This document shows, piece by piece, positions 9,027 to 17,725 of a stretch of DNA of 46,290 nucleotides. Each line of letters opens with the position of its first letter. The first letter of the stretch is position 1. A program made the translations under genes and the position numbers. This DNA is from Anaerolineae bacterium (GTDB taxonomy: Bacteria; Chloroflexota; Anaerolineae; CG2-30-64-16), in assembly GCA_025454635.1 (NCBI GenBank), contig JALOOB010000013.1, forward strand, positions 1 to 46,290. The letters are read 5' to 3'. Below the pieces are notes generated by a model, which saw only the letters and a list, made by a program, of their open reading frames with translations, was not told the DNA's origin and did no database searches.

Positions 9027-12000
9027 CTATGCCCTCTCTGCGACTTCCTCGCCCTCCGTTACGCCCTCATTCTGCGCTTCGAGCTGCGCGACCTGCTCCA
9101 CGGGCGCGATGCGCCAGAAGAGCGGGAGGTGCGCATCCCACCCGTCGAGGATTTCACGCGCGCGCGGGCTGCCGGTGCGGTCGGCATGGCGTTCGAGCAA
9201 GTGACGCAACTCGGCGCGGTCCTCCGCGCGCTCGACGCGGCGCAGGGTGACAAGCTCCGTGTTGGCGCGGGCGGGCAGCGCGTCGTAACGGTCGTAGATG
9301 TAAGCGGCGCCGCCCGTCATGCCTGCGCCGAAGTTGCGGCCAGTCTTGCCGAGCACGACGACCACGCCGCCCGTCATATACTCGCACCCGTGATCGCCGA
9401 CACCCTCGACCACCGCGCGCGCGCCGGAGTTGCGCACCGCGAACCGCTCACCGGCGCGGCCCGCCGCGTACAACTCGCCCGCAGTGGCGCCGTAGAGCGC
9501 GGTATTGCCGAGGATGACGTTGTGATGCCAGACGTACTTCGCCTCGTCGGGTGGGCGAATCACGATCTCCCCGCCGGCAAGCCCCTTGCCCACATAGTCG
9601 TTTGCCTGCCCGGTCAGCCGGAGCGCGACCCCGTGGATGGTGAATGCGCCAAAGCTCTGCCCTGCGGTGCCGGTAAGGTTGACGACGATGGAATGCGGGG
9701 GAAGGCCCGCGTCACCGTGGACCGCCGCGATCGCGCCCGATAGCTTCGCGCCGACGGTGCGATCGGTGTTGCGGATTTCGTAGGCGAGGGAGATGGGAGA
9801 TTGAAGATTGAAGATTGAAGATGGCGCTTCTTCAATCTCCCATCTGCCATTTTCAATCTCCCATCTGCCAGTTTCAACTTCCGCCAGCGCGTCCTCAGCG
9901 AGGCGGTCACCCAGTTCGGAGTGGTGCAGGAGGCGATTGCGCTGCTCGGCGTTGCGCCGGGCGTAGCCGGTGTCGGGCGCCCACAGCAGCGGCGCGAGGT
10001 CCATCCCGCCCGCATCCGCGCCGACGACCTTCTGCTGGAGCAACTCCGCGTGGCCGATGATCTCGTCGAGCGAGGTCGCACCGAGCGCGGCCAGGATCTC
10101 CCGCACTTCCTCGGCCACGTGGGTGATGAAGGCCATGACGTGCTCGGCCTTGCCGGGGAACTTCTTGCGCAGGTCCTCCCGCTGCGTGGCGATACCCACG
10201 GGGCAGGTGTTGTTGTGGCAGGCGCGCGCCATCTTGCAGCCCGCGGCGACGAGCGCGGCCGTTCCAAACGAGAACTCGTCCGCGCCGAGCAAGGCCGCGA
10301 TGACCACGTCGCGCCCTGTCTTGAAGCCGCCGTCCACGCGGACCTTCACCCGGCCGCGGAGGCCGTTAACCAGGAGCGTCTGCTGCGTTTCGGCCAGCCC
10401 GACCTCCCACGGCGCGCCCGCGTTCTTGATCGACGAGAGCGGCGACGCGCCGGTGCCGCCGTTGTAGCCGCTGATGTGAACGACGTCCGCGCCGCCTTTC
10501 GTCACGCCGGCTGCGATCGTTCCGACGCCCGCCGCGGCCACCAGCTTCACCGAGATAGCCGCGGCAGGGTTGGCCTGCTTGAGATCGAAGATTAGCTGCG
10601 CAAGGTCCTCGATCGAGTAGATATCGTGGTGGGGCGGCGGCGAGATGAGCGCAACGCCAGGCGTGGTGTGACGGATGCGCGCGATCTCCGCGCTGACCTT
10701 GTGGCCGGGCAACTGCCCGCCTTCGCCCGGCTTGGAGCCCTGCGCCATCTTGATCTGCAGCTCTTCGGCCGACATGAGATAGGCGGGGGTGACGCCGAAC
10801 CGGCCCGACGCCACCTGTTTGATCTTGCTGTTGCGCTCGTCGCCGTAGCGCGCCGGGTCCTCGCCGCCTTCACCGCTGTTGGCCTTGCCGCCGAGCCGGT
10901 TCATCGCGATCGTGAGCACCTCATGCGCCTCCGCGCTGAGCGCGCCGTGCGACATGGCGGCGGAGGAAAAGCGGCGGAGGATGGTTTCGGCCGGCTCGAC
11001 CTCGTCAAGGGGAACAGGCGCGCGGCCGTTCGGGCTGAAGTCGAGCAGGTCGCGCAGCTCGACCGGCGCGCGTTCCTCGACCAGTCCGCGATACTTTTCC
11101 CACACGCCTGCATCGTTAGCGCCGGCCGGCCGTTTCCCGAGCCCGACGACGGCGTGCAGCGCGCTGACTACCTCCGGGCTGAATGCGTGCTGCTCGCCGC
11201 CGCGGCGGCTCTTGTAGAAGCCGTAGCTATCCAGCCTGGGCTCCGCGCCGTGGGAGCGCGGAAACGCGTTGCGGTGCCACTGGAGGACGTCGCGCGCGAG
11301 GTCTTCGTAGGTGATGCCGCCAACCCGGTAGTGGTCGGTCCCGGCAAAGGCCGCGTTGAGCAGTTCCTCGCTAATGCCGAGCGCCTCGAAGACCTGCGCG
11401 CCGCAGTACGCGTCGAGGGTGGCAATGCCCATTTTGGACATGACCTTAAGCACGCCCTTCTCGGCTGCCTTGGCGAAGTTGTGGCGCGCTGTGTCCGGGT
11501 CGATATCGGCGGCTTGCCGGCCGCCCTCGCTGACCATGTCCTCGACCGCAGCGTAGGCTAGCCACGGGTTGATCGCGTTGGCGCCGTATCCGAGCAGCGC
11601 GGCGAAATGGTGGACCTCGCGCGGCTCGCCGCTTTCAACGATGAGGCTGGCGCGCATGCGCTGCCCGGCGTCGATCAGGGCGTGATGGACTGCTGACGTT
11701 GCGAGCAGGGAGGGGAGGGGCGCGCGCTGGCTGCTGACCCCACGATCCGAGAGGATCAGCAGGGTTGCGCCGCTGACCACGGCGGCCACCGCTTGGGCGC
11801 AAACGCGCGCCACCGCGCGGCGGAGCCCGCTTACGCCTTCGCTGACCGGCCACGTCGTGTCGACACTGGCCGTGCTGAACCCGTCGAGCCGCGAGTCGCG
11901 CGCATGCCGCAGCGCCGCGCGGTCGGAAGGCAAGCCGATGCCAAGGTCGCCCCCGCGCTCGCCGAGCGAGCGCAGCGCGGCGACGTCGTCGTCGGAGAGG

Positions 12001-13769
12001 ATCGGGCTGGAGATTTCGAGCAGCCGCGCGGCGTCCGGTCCCTCGGTGAGATAGGCGCCGCGGCGGCCGAGCGCCTGGGAGAGGGACATCACCAAATCCT
12101 CGCGCAGCGGGTCGATGGGTGGGTTGGTGACTTCCGCAAAGCGCTGCTTGAAGAAGTGGAAGAGGGGCCGAGGCACGTCGGAGATGGCGGCCGCGGGTGT
12201 GTCGTCGCCCATGGAGCCGACCGGCTCGCGGCCGTCGCGCCACATCGGGCGGAGCACGACGAGCAACTCCTCGCGCGTGTAGCCGAATGCGGCCTGAAGC
12301 GCGGGGATGGAGATCAGCGGACGCGGCGCATCCTTTGCCGGCGGCCCGGAAGGCGCCCCGCCATTCCGCTCAGACGGCTCGACCGCTGCCGCGGGGAAGG
12401 CGCGATGGGACGCGTCGCGCTGCCACTTCACGTCGTCCAGCGTCACCAGGTTCGCATCAAGCCATTCGCCATACGGCTGCGCCTCGAAGAAACGCGCGAC
12501 GATGCTGGCGTCGTTTTCGATGCGGCCCGTCGTCGTGTCGACCGCGATCATCTCGCCGGGCCGCAGCCGGCCCTTCTGAACGACGCGCGCCTCGTCCACC
12601 TCGACCGCGCCGGCCTCCGACGAGACGATCACCACGCCGTCGTCCAGGATGACGAAGCGCGCGGGCCGCAAGCCGTTGCGGTCCAGCAGGCAGCCGGCGA
12701 CCGCGCCGTCGCTGAAGGTCAGCGCGGCAGGGCCATCCCACGGCTCTTGCAGGCAGCGGTGGTAGCGGTAGAACGCGCGCTGCTGCGGCGTTACATCACC
12801 GACGCGCTCCCATGCCTTTGGCACGAGCATCATCATGGCGTGGCGGATGTCGCGGCCCGACTGAACGAGCAGATCGAGCGCATTGTCGAACTTAGCCGAG
12901 TCGCTGCCGTGGGGGCCGATGACCGGCGCAAGCACGCCGGCTTCGTCGCCCCAGACGTTCGAGCAGCACAAGTCGGCCTCGCGCGCGCGCATCCAGGTGA
13001 GGTTGCCTTGCAGCGTGTTGATTTCGCCGTTGTGGCAGACCAGGCGGAACGGCTGCGCGCGCTCCCAGGTGGGGAAGGTGTTGGTGCTGTACCGCTGGTG
13101 GAACACGGCGATGGCGGTGCGGTAGTCCGGGTCGGACAGGTCGCAATAGAACTTCGACAACTGCGGCGCGACGAAGAGGCCCTTGTAGACGATCGTCTTG
13201 CTGGAGATAGAGGGCAAGTAGAAATTGGAGATGCTCTCGGCCCAGATGCGCTGCGTCGCGTGCTTGCGGACGAGGTAGAGCTTGCGCTCGAAGTCGGCGC
13301 CGGCGGCGATCCCGGCAGGGCGGGCGAGGATGATCTGCTCGATGTAGGGGCGGAGCGACTGGGCCCACTCGCCGAGCGCGTCGCCGTCGACGGGCACGTC
13401 GCGCCAGGCGATTTTCTCGATGCCGTACTCGCCGATCGTGTCCTCGAGGATTTTGCGCGCGCGTTCGCGGTGGGCGAGGTTGTAGCGCGGGAGAAAGACC
13501 ATGCCGACCGCGAGGTCGCCCGCGGCAGGCGTGAGGCGCTCGAGCGCTGCGAGGTCGCGGCCGATAATGTCGCGCGGCAGCTGGGTGAGGACGCCTGCGC
13601 CGTCGCCGCTCTTGCCGTCGGCCGCGACTGCGCCGCGATGCGCGTGGTTCTTGAGCGCGGTGAGCGCGGTCTCCAGGATGGCGTGGCTGGCCGCGCCGTC
13701 CTTCTGCGCGACAAAGCCCATGCCGCAGGCGTCGCGTTCGTGATGCGATTGATAGAGCGGATAATCCAT
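9027..13769 (-). CDS. gltB: Glutamate synthase large subunit (GltB/GlsF-type; amidotransferase, FMN and GXGXG domains). No gltD-like small subunit adjacent.
   Basis: 1580-aa ORF. N-terminal ...ERDACGMGFV (Ntn Cys), HQRYSTNTFP, FMN-domain and C-terminal beta-helix motifs (IRNTDRTVGAKLSG, GQSFGAF, GDHGCEYMTGG). Confidence 0.95.
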   Translation of the reverse strand: MDYPLYQSHHERDACGMGFVAQKDGAASHAILETALTALKNHAHRGAVAADGKSGDGAGVLTQLPRDIIGRDLAALERLTPAAGDLAVGMVFLPRYNLAHRERARKILEDTIGEYGIEKIAWRDVPVDGDALGEWAQSLRPYIEQIILARPAGIAAGADFERKLYLVRKHATQRIWAESISNFYLPSISSKTIVYKGLFVAPQLSKFYCDLSDPDYRTAIAVFHQRYSTNTFPTWERAQPFRLVCHNGEINTLQGNLTWMRAREADLCCSNVWGDEAGVLAPVIGPHGSDSAKFDNALDLLVQSGRDIRHAMMMLVPKAWERVGDVTPQQRAFYRYHRCLQEPWDGPAALTFSDGAVAGCLLDRNGLRPARFVILDDGVVIVSSEAGAVEVDEARVVQKGRLRPGEMIAVDTTTGRIENDASIVARFFEAQPYGEWLDANLVTLDDVKWQRDASHRAFPAAAVEPSERNGGAPSGPPAKDAPRPLISIPALQAAFGYTREELLVVLRPMWRDGREPVGSMGDDTPAAAISDVPRPLFHFFKQRFAEVTNPPIDPLREDLVMSLSQALGRRGAYLTEGPDAARLLEISSPILSDDDVAALRSLGERGGDLGIGLPSDRAALRHARDSRLDGFSTASVDTTWPVSEGVSGLRRAVARVCAQAVAAVVSGATLLILSDRGVSSQRAPLPSLLATSAVHHALIDAGQRMRASLIVESGEPREVHHFAALLGYGANAINPWLAYAAVEDMVSEGGRQAADIDPDTARHNFAKAAEKGVLKVMSKMGIATLDAYCGAQVFEALGISEELLNAAFAGTDHYRVGGITYEDLARDVLQWHRNAFPRSHGAEPRLDSYGFYKSRRGGEQHAFSPEVVSALHAVVGLGKRPAGANDAGVWEKYRGLVEERAPVELRDLLDFSPNGRAPVPLDEVEPAETILRRFSSAAMSHGALSAEAHEVLTIAMNRLGGKANSGEGGEDPARYGDERNSKIKQVASGRFGVTPAYLMSAEELQIKMAQGSKPGEGGQLPGHKVSAEIARIRHTTPGVALISPPPHHDIYSIEDLAQLIFDLKQANPAAAISVKLVAAAGVGTIAAGVTKGGADVVHISGYNGGTGASPLSSIKNAGAPWEVGLAETQQTLLVNGLRGRVKVRVDGGFKTGRDVVIAALLGADEFSFGTAALVAAGCKMARACHNNTCPVGIATQREDLRKKFPGKAEHVMAFITHVAEEVREILAALGATSLDEIIGHAELLQQKVVGADAGGMDLAPLLWAPDTGYARRNAEQRNRLLHHSELGDRLAEDALAEVETGRWEIENGRWEIEEAPSSIFNLQSPISLAYEIRNTDRTVGAKLSGAIAAVHGDAGLPPHSIVVNLTGTAGQSFGAFTIHGVALRLTGQANDYVGKGLAGGEIVIRPPDEAKYVWHHNVILGNTALYGATAGELYAAGRAGERFAVRNSGARAVVEGVGDHGCEYMTGGVVVVLGKTGRNFGAGMTGGAAYIYDRYDALPARANTELVTLRRVERAEDRAELRHLLERHADRTGSPRAREILDGWDAHLPLFWRIAPVEQVAQLEAQNEGVTEGEEVAERA
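9790..9875. repeat. Heptamer-phased palindromic element embedded in frame in gltB (encodes GRWEIENGRWEIEEAPSSIFNLQSP)
   Basis: Plus strand reads gggagat gggagat tgaagat tgaagat tgaagat ggcgctt | cttcaat ctcccat ctgccat tttcaat ctcccat ctgccag. Perfect 16-bp inverted repeat 9792-9807 / 9829-9844. Shares the core GAAGATTGAAG with the intergenic element at 23668-23741. Confidence 0.8.
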
Positions 13770-13845
13770 AAATGCTGCTCCGGGATGCGGCGACTACTGA
13801 AGGCCGCCGGCTGGCAGACGAACCGGCCGAGGCCGGTTGGCGCCG

Positions 13846-13887
13846 GGAAAACAAAAGCCCTCCGCGCCAAACAGGGCGCGTGAGGGC
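13846..13887 (-). terminator. Strong intrinsic-terminator-like hairpin inside the gltB 5' leader
   Basis: Minus strand: GCCCTCaCGCGCC-ctgttt-GGCGCGGAGGGC (12 bp, one bulge) followed by TTTTGTTTT. Located between the predicted gltB promoter and the ATG at 13769. Confidence 0.6.
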
Positions 13888-13949
13888 TACGTTGCGAAAG
13901 GGTGCGTCAGTGCGGGAGTTCGACGGTGAAGATCGTGTTTGAGGGTACG

Positions 13950-13978
13950 AGTTTAGCAGGCGCGGGGCAGGCTGTCAA
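13950..13978 (-). promoter_or_regulatory. sigma70-type promoter for gltB (TTGACA - 17 nt - TAAACT)
   Basis: Reverse complement of 13973-13978 is TTGACA. 17-nt spacer. Reverse complement of 13950-13955 is TAAACT. Confidence 0.5.
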
Positions 13979-14014
13979 ACGCGCGAAAGGGCGCGCGGCC
14001 CCGTCAAACGACGG

Positions 14015-14043
14015 ATGACAAAAAGCACAAACGGTAATAGAAT
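14015..14043 (+). promoter_or_regulatory. sigma70-type promoter for the small zinc-finger gene (ATGACA - 17 nt - TAGAAT), divergent from the gltB promoter
   Basis: atgaca at 14015-14020, 17-nt spacer, tagaat at 14038-14043. Confidence 0.45.
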
Positions 14044-14090
14044 ATGCAAGATTGCCGTATTGATTGCCAGTTTCCCCGTGGAGGCCGCTC

Positions 14091-14333
14091 ATGAATGACA
14101 AAGCCGTGGCCTGTTTGATGTTCGGCATTTACGAGAAGAACGCAACCGGCGTCGTCGATCGTCGCGAGTGCTCCGTTTGCAAGGGCGACCACTGCCCGTA
14201 CGAGCTTGGCGAGCCCCAACACGGCGCATGCCCGCAGTGTTTTGGCACGGGCATGGCGCCGGCCGCGGTCTTCGACATTTCGGACCGCAATGAAGCGCAG
14301 TGCCCGCGCTGCGGGGGAACGGGGAAGGTTTAG
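14091..14333 (+). CDS. Small (80 aa) Cys-rich protein with DnaJ-type CxxCxGxG zinc-finger repeats
   Basis: GGAGG 7 nt before the ATG at 14091. Motifs CSVCKGDHC, CPQCFGTG, CPRCGGTG. Confidence 0.55.
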   Translation: MNDKAVACLMFGIYEKNATGVVDRRECSVCKGDHCPYELGEPQHGACPQCFGTGMAPAAVFDISDRNEAQCPRCGGTGKV

Positions 14334-14347
14334 CCGCGAAATGCGCC

Positions 14348-14773
14348 TCAACCTGCCAGAGCGATCAGCCCTAGCAGGTAACTCCGCGCGCCGAAGCCGC
14401 TGATCTGCCCGAGGCACACGGGCGCGAGCACGGAGGTGTGGCGGAACTGCTCACGAGCGTGGACGTTGCTCAGGTGGACCTCGACGGTGGGCAGGGCGAC
14501 CGCGGCAATTGCGTCGCGTAGCGCGTAGGAGTAGTGGGTCAGCGCGCCGGGATTAATCAGCACACCATCTGCCCACCCGCGCGCCTCGTGCAGCGCGTCG
14601 ATGAGCGCGCCCTCGTGATTCGACTGGAGGATGAGCAACTCCGCGCCCCTCTCCGCCGCCGCTTGCTCAAGCATGGCGTTGATCTCGGCCAGCGTCGTCG
14701 CGCCGTAGACGCCCGGCTCGCGTGTGCCGAGCAGGTTAAGGTTCGGGCCGTGGAGGACAAGAATGCGCTTCAT
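14348..14773 (-). CDS. aroQ: Type II 3-dehydroquinate dehydratase
   Basis: [24 protein letters not shown]...NHEG...[16 protein letters not shown]...[16 protein letters not shown] is the typical AroQ signature. Confidence 0.95.
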   Translation of the reverse strand: MKRILVLHGPNLNLLGTREPGVYGATTLAEINAMLEQAAAERGAELLILQSNHEGALIDALHEARGWADGVLINPGALTHYSYALRDAIAAVALPTVEVHLSNVHAREQFRHTSVLAPVCLGQISGFGARSYLLGLIALAG

Positions 14774-14799
14774 ATCTTCTCCCGACAGGTGGCGAGGCC

Positions 14800-14869
14800 G
14801 CCACGAATGACACGAATTAGACGAATTTCACGAATTCGAGTAATTTGGGTCATTCGTGAAATTCGTGGC
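14800..14869. repeat. AT-rich palindromic intercistronic element made of eight phased 9-mers (gccacgaat gacacgaat tagacgaat ttcacgaat tcgagtaat ttgggtcat tcgtgaaat tcgtggc)
   Basis: Lies in the aroKB stop / aroQ start spacer. Arms ACGAATTTCACGAAT / ATTCGTGAAATTCGT are perfectly complementary. Outer pair GCCACGAAT / ATTCGTGGC. Confidence 0.8.
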
Positions 14870-14881
14870 AGAGAAGGCGCG

Positions 14882-16501
14882 TCATCTGCGTTGAATTCTG
14901 CTCAATGCCGAGCGGACGTCATCCTCTGCGACATGGTCGGCTACGCGCACTTTTCCGATGCGCTCGATGACCACGAAGCGCAGCGAGCGGCCCCGGCGCT
15001 TTTTGTCAGTCCCCATCCCCGCCAGAACTGCGTCCTCGTCGAACGAATAGCTCGTCGGCAGGCCTAGGCGCGCGAGCATTTCCGCCAGCACATCGGTTAG
15101 GCCGTGTCCGTCCCCGGACCCATCGCACGCGCCGATGCGCTCGCTCAGCGCAGCGGCGGCAACCATGCCGATGCTCACCGCTTCGCCGTGACGCAGGGAG
15201 AAGTTGGAGTATAGCTCGAGCGCGTGGCCGAAGGTGTGGCCGAGGTTGAGCCAGGCGCGGTCGCCCCGCTCATAAGGGTCGCGGCGAACAATGTCGGCCT
15301 TAACGCGCACTGCGCGGCCGATCATATCGGGCAGCGAGGCGGGGCCGTCGCTCTGCAACTCGCGGAAAAGCTGCGGATCGCCGATGATGCCGGCCTTGAC
15401 CACCTCGGCCAGCCCTGAGCGGAACTCGGCGGGCGGCAGGGTGCGGAGCGTGTCGGGATCGATGAGCACCAGCGCGGGTTGCTTGAATGCGCCAACGAGG
15501 TTCTTGCCTTGCGGCAGGTCGACGCCCACCTTGCCGCCTACGCTGGAATCGACCATCGCAAGCAGGGTGGTCGGAATCTGCGCGAAGGGCGCGCCGCGCA
15601 GCCAGGTCGCCGCGACGAAGCCCGCCGTGTCCCCGATCACTCCGCCGCCGAGAGCGATGACAGGCTCGTTGCGCGCCAGCTTCGCCGTGGCCAGGCCCTC
15701 CAACAACTCTCCCACGGTAGCGAGGTTTTTGTGCGCCTCGCCGTCCGGCGCGAGAAGGACGACTGGCTCGAACCCGACTGCGGCGAGCGAGGCTTCGAGC
15801 GCGGGCAGGTGATGCTCCGCCAGTGTCCGGTTCGTGATGACCGCGCACCGTCCCGGTTGGATGCCCGCCGCAATCAGGCGTGACCCTGCCTCGTGCAGCA
15901 GACCCTCCGCAATCAGGATGTCGTAACCGTGATCTTCGGACGCCGGCGGCGGGACCGGGAGGCGGCGCGCGCCCTCGGGCAGATTAGCCGTGATCGCGAG
16001 GATGCGCTGCGTAACCTCGTCGGGGGTCAGGCTTGTCGTGTTGACGTGGTGGGGCGCGAGCGCGTAGGCTGGCGCTCGTTGTTCGAGCAGCGTGGCGATG
16101 CGCGCCTGCAGATCGTTCTCGCTCTGCGGGTGGCCGAGCATCGGCCGACCGGCGTCCTTCCCAACGCGTTGGAGGATGGCGTCGGACGCGGCCTCGAGAC
16201 AAATGACTGTCCCGGCAGCTTCTAGCGCCTCCCGGTTCGCCGCGCGCAGCACCGCGCCTCCGCCCGTGGCAACGACCAGGCGACTCTCTTCGACAAGACT
16301 GCGGCACGCGTCAGTTTCGAGGTCGCGGAACGCCTGCTCGCCGTCCTCGGCGAAGATGGCCGGGATTGCCTTGCCTGCGGAGCGGGCGATGCGTTCATCG
16401 AGGTCGACAAAGGTCCAGCCAAGCTGCTCCGCGAGGATGCGGCCGGCAGTGGATTTGCCCGTTCCCATGAAGCCTGTGAGGATGATATTGTTACCCGCCA
16501 A
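14882..16501 (-). CDS. aroKB: Bifunctional shikimate kinase / 3-dehydroquinate synthase
   Basis: N-terminal P-loop GFMGTGKST plus the shikimate kinase fold. C-terminal DHQS motifs (GGGVIGDTAGFVAATWLRG, VDSSVGGKVGVD, NLGHTFGHALE). TTG start with GAGGAG 9 nt upstream. Confidence 0.9.
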   Translation of the reverse strand: MAGNNIILTGFMGTGKSTAGRILAEQLGWTFVDLDERIARSAGKAIPAIFAEDGEQAFRDLETDACRSLVEESRLVVATGGGAVLRAANREALEAAGTVICLEAASDAILQRVGKDAGRPMLGHPQSENDLQARIATLLEQRAPAYALAPHHVNTTSLTPDEVTQRILAITANLPEGARRLPVPPPASEDHGYDILIAEGLLHEAGSRLIAAGIQPGRCAVITNRTLAEHHLPALEASLAAVGFEPVVLLAPDGEAHKNLATVGELLEGLATAKLARNEPVIALGGGVIGDTAGFVAATWLRGAPFAQIPTTLLAMVDSSVGGKVGVDLPQGKNLVGAFKQPALVLIDPDTLRTLPPAEFRSGLAEVVKAGIIGDPQLFRELQSDGPASLPDMIGRAVRVKADIVRRDPYERGDRAWLNLGHTFGHALELYSNFSLRHGEAVSIGMVAAAALSERIGACDGSGDGHGLTDVLAEMLARLGLPTSYSFDEDAVLAGMGTDKKRRGRSLRFVVIERIGKVRVADHVAEDDVRSALSRIQRR

Positions 16502-16540
16502 AGAGGCTACTCCTCTATGCTGAGAGCGCGGGGCCGGAGG

Positions 16541-17725
16541 TCACCCCTCGTACCCAAACCGCCACGCCGCTCCGTTCATCGGCACGTCGGCCAGGCGGCT
16601 GCGCCGCAATGCTGCGAACCGCGGCAGTTGCTCCTCAAGGGAGTCCCCGCCCAACTTCTCCAGGAGCGCACCGGCAATCACCCACGCGGCCATTGCCTCG
16701 CCGATGACCACCGCGCGCGGGACGGCGGAGAAGTCGCTGCGTTCGTACTTTGTCGGCGCGGGCTCACCGGTGGCGAGATCAACCGACATGAGCGGGGTCA
16801 GCGTGGTGCTGATCGGCTTCATAGCGATGCGGAGCACGATGGGCTCGCCCGTGGTGACTCCGCCTTCGAGGCCGCCGGCGCGGTTCGTCTTGCGCTGAAG
16901 GGCGCCGTCTTCGCCGAGGACAATCTCATCGTGCACCTGCGTGCCTCGCAGGCGGGCATTGGCGAACGCAGTGCCGATTTCCACGCCCTTCATCGCCTGG
17001 ATGCTGAGCATGGCCGCGGCGAGCCGCGCGTCCAGTTTCCGGTCGAAGTGGACGTGCGAGCCGAGACCGGGCGGCGCGCCGAGGATGACCACCTCAAAGA
17101 CCCCGCCAAGCGTGTCCTTTGCCTGCATCGCGTCCCAAATCGCCTGACGCATGGGTTCGACCGCGGCGGCGTCCGGGCAGCGCACATCATTTTCCTCGGC
17201 TGCGGCGAAACGCTCAGCATATGGCATGCCGGTGGGCAAGGCGGCCTCGACTTCTCCGATACTCGTGACATAACCGCCGACCGCGATGCCGAACTGCGCG
17301 AGGTACTTGCGGCATATAGCGCCGGCCGCGACCCGCATCGTCGTTTCGCGCGCGCTCGCCCGCTCCAACGCAAGGCGCAGGTCGCGATAGCCGTACTTGA
17401 TTGCGCCGGTGAGGTCCGCGTGGCCGGGCCGCGGGATGGTCATCGGGGGGATGTCCTTCTCGGCCCACGATTTATAGTCGAGGTTGGGCACTTCGAGCGA
17501 GATCGGCGCGCCGGTCGTTAACCCGGCGGCGATACCCGCAGTGATGCGGACGCTGTCCTTCTCGATCTTCATGCGCCCGCCCGCGCCGTAGGCCACCTGC
17601 CGCCGCGCGAGGTCGCGGTCGATGTCGTCGGCGCGTAGTGGCAGCCCGGCGATCATGCCTTCGAGGATCGCGGTGAGCGATGGACCATGGCTCTCGCCGG
17701 CAGTAAGAAAACGGAGATTGCTCAT
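16541..17725 (-). CDS. aroC: Chorismate synthase
   Basis: MSNLRFLTAGESHGPSL..., RPGHADL, GRSSARETA-like and GGxxGG motifs. The start shares one nt with the GNAT stop (TGATG). Confidence 0.95.
   Translation of the reverse strand: MSNLRFLTAGESHGPSLTAILEGMIAGLPLRADDIDRDLARRQVAYGAGGRMKIEKDSVRITAGIAAGLTTGAPISLEVPNLDYKSWAEKDIPPMTIPRPGHADLTGAIKYGYRDLRLALERASARETTMRVAAGAICRKYLAQFGIAVGGYVTSIGEVEAALPTGMPYAERFAAAEENDVRCPDAAAVEPMRQAIWDAMQAKDTLGGVFEVVILGAPPGLGSHVHFDRKLDARLAAAMLSIQAMKGVEIGTAFANARLRGTQVHDEIVLGEDGALQRKTNRAGGLEGGVTTGEPIVLRIAMKPISTTLTPLMSVDLATGEPAPTKYERSDFSAVPRAVVIGEAMAAWVIAGALLEKLGGDSLEEQLPRFAALRRSRLADVPMNGAAWRFGYEG

Noticed and set aside
9129-13883. ORFs antisense to gltB (e.g. 11793..13883 +, 696 aa; 12833..13870 -; 12892..13854 -)
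   Set aside because: No recognisable domains and extreme R/A/G/P composition. They lie entirely inside a well-supported 1580-aa gltB.
13846-13945. Glutamine (glnA-type) riboswitch in the gltB leader
   Set aside because: I could not find the conserved glnA-RNA core sequences by eye. It is kept only as an unclassified attenuator-like leader.
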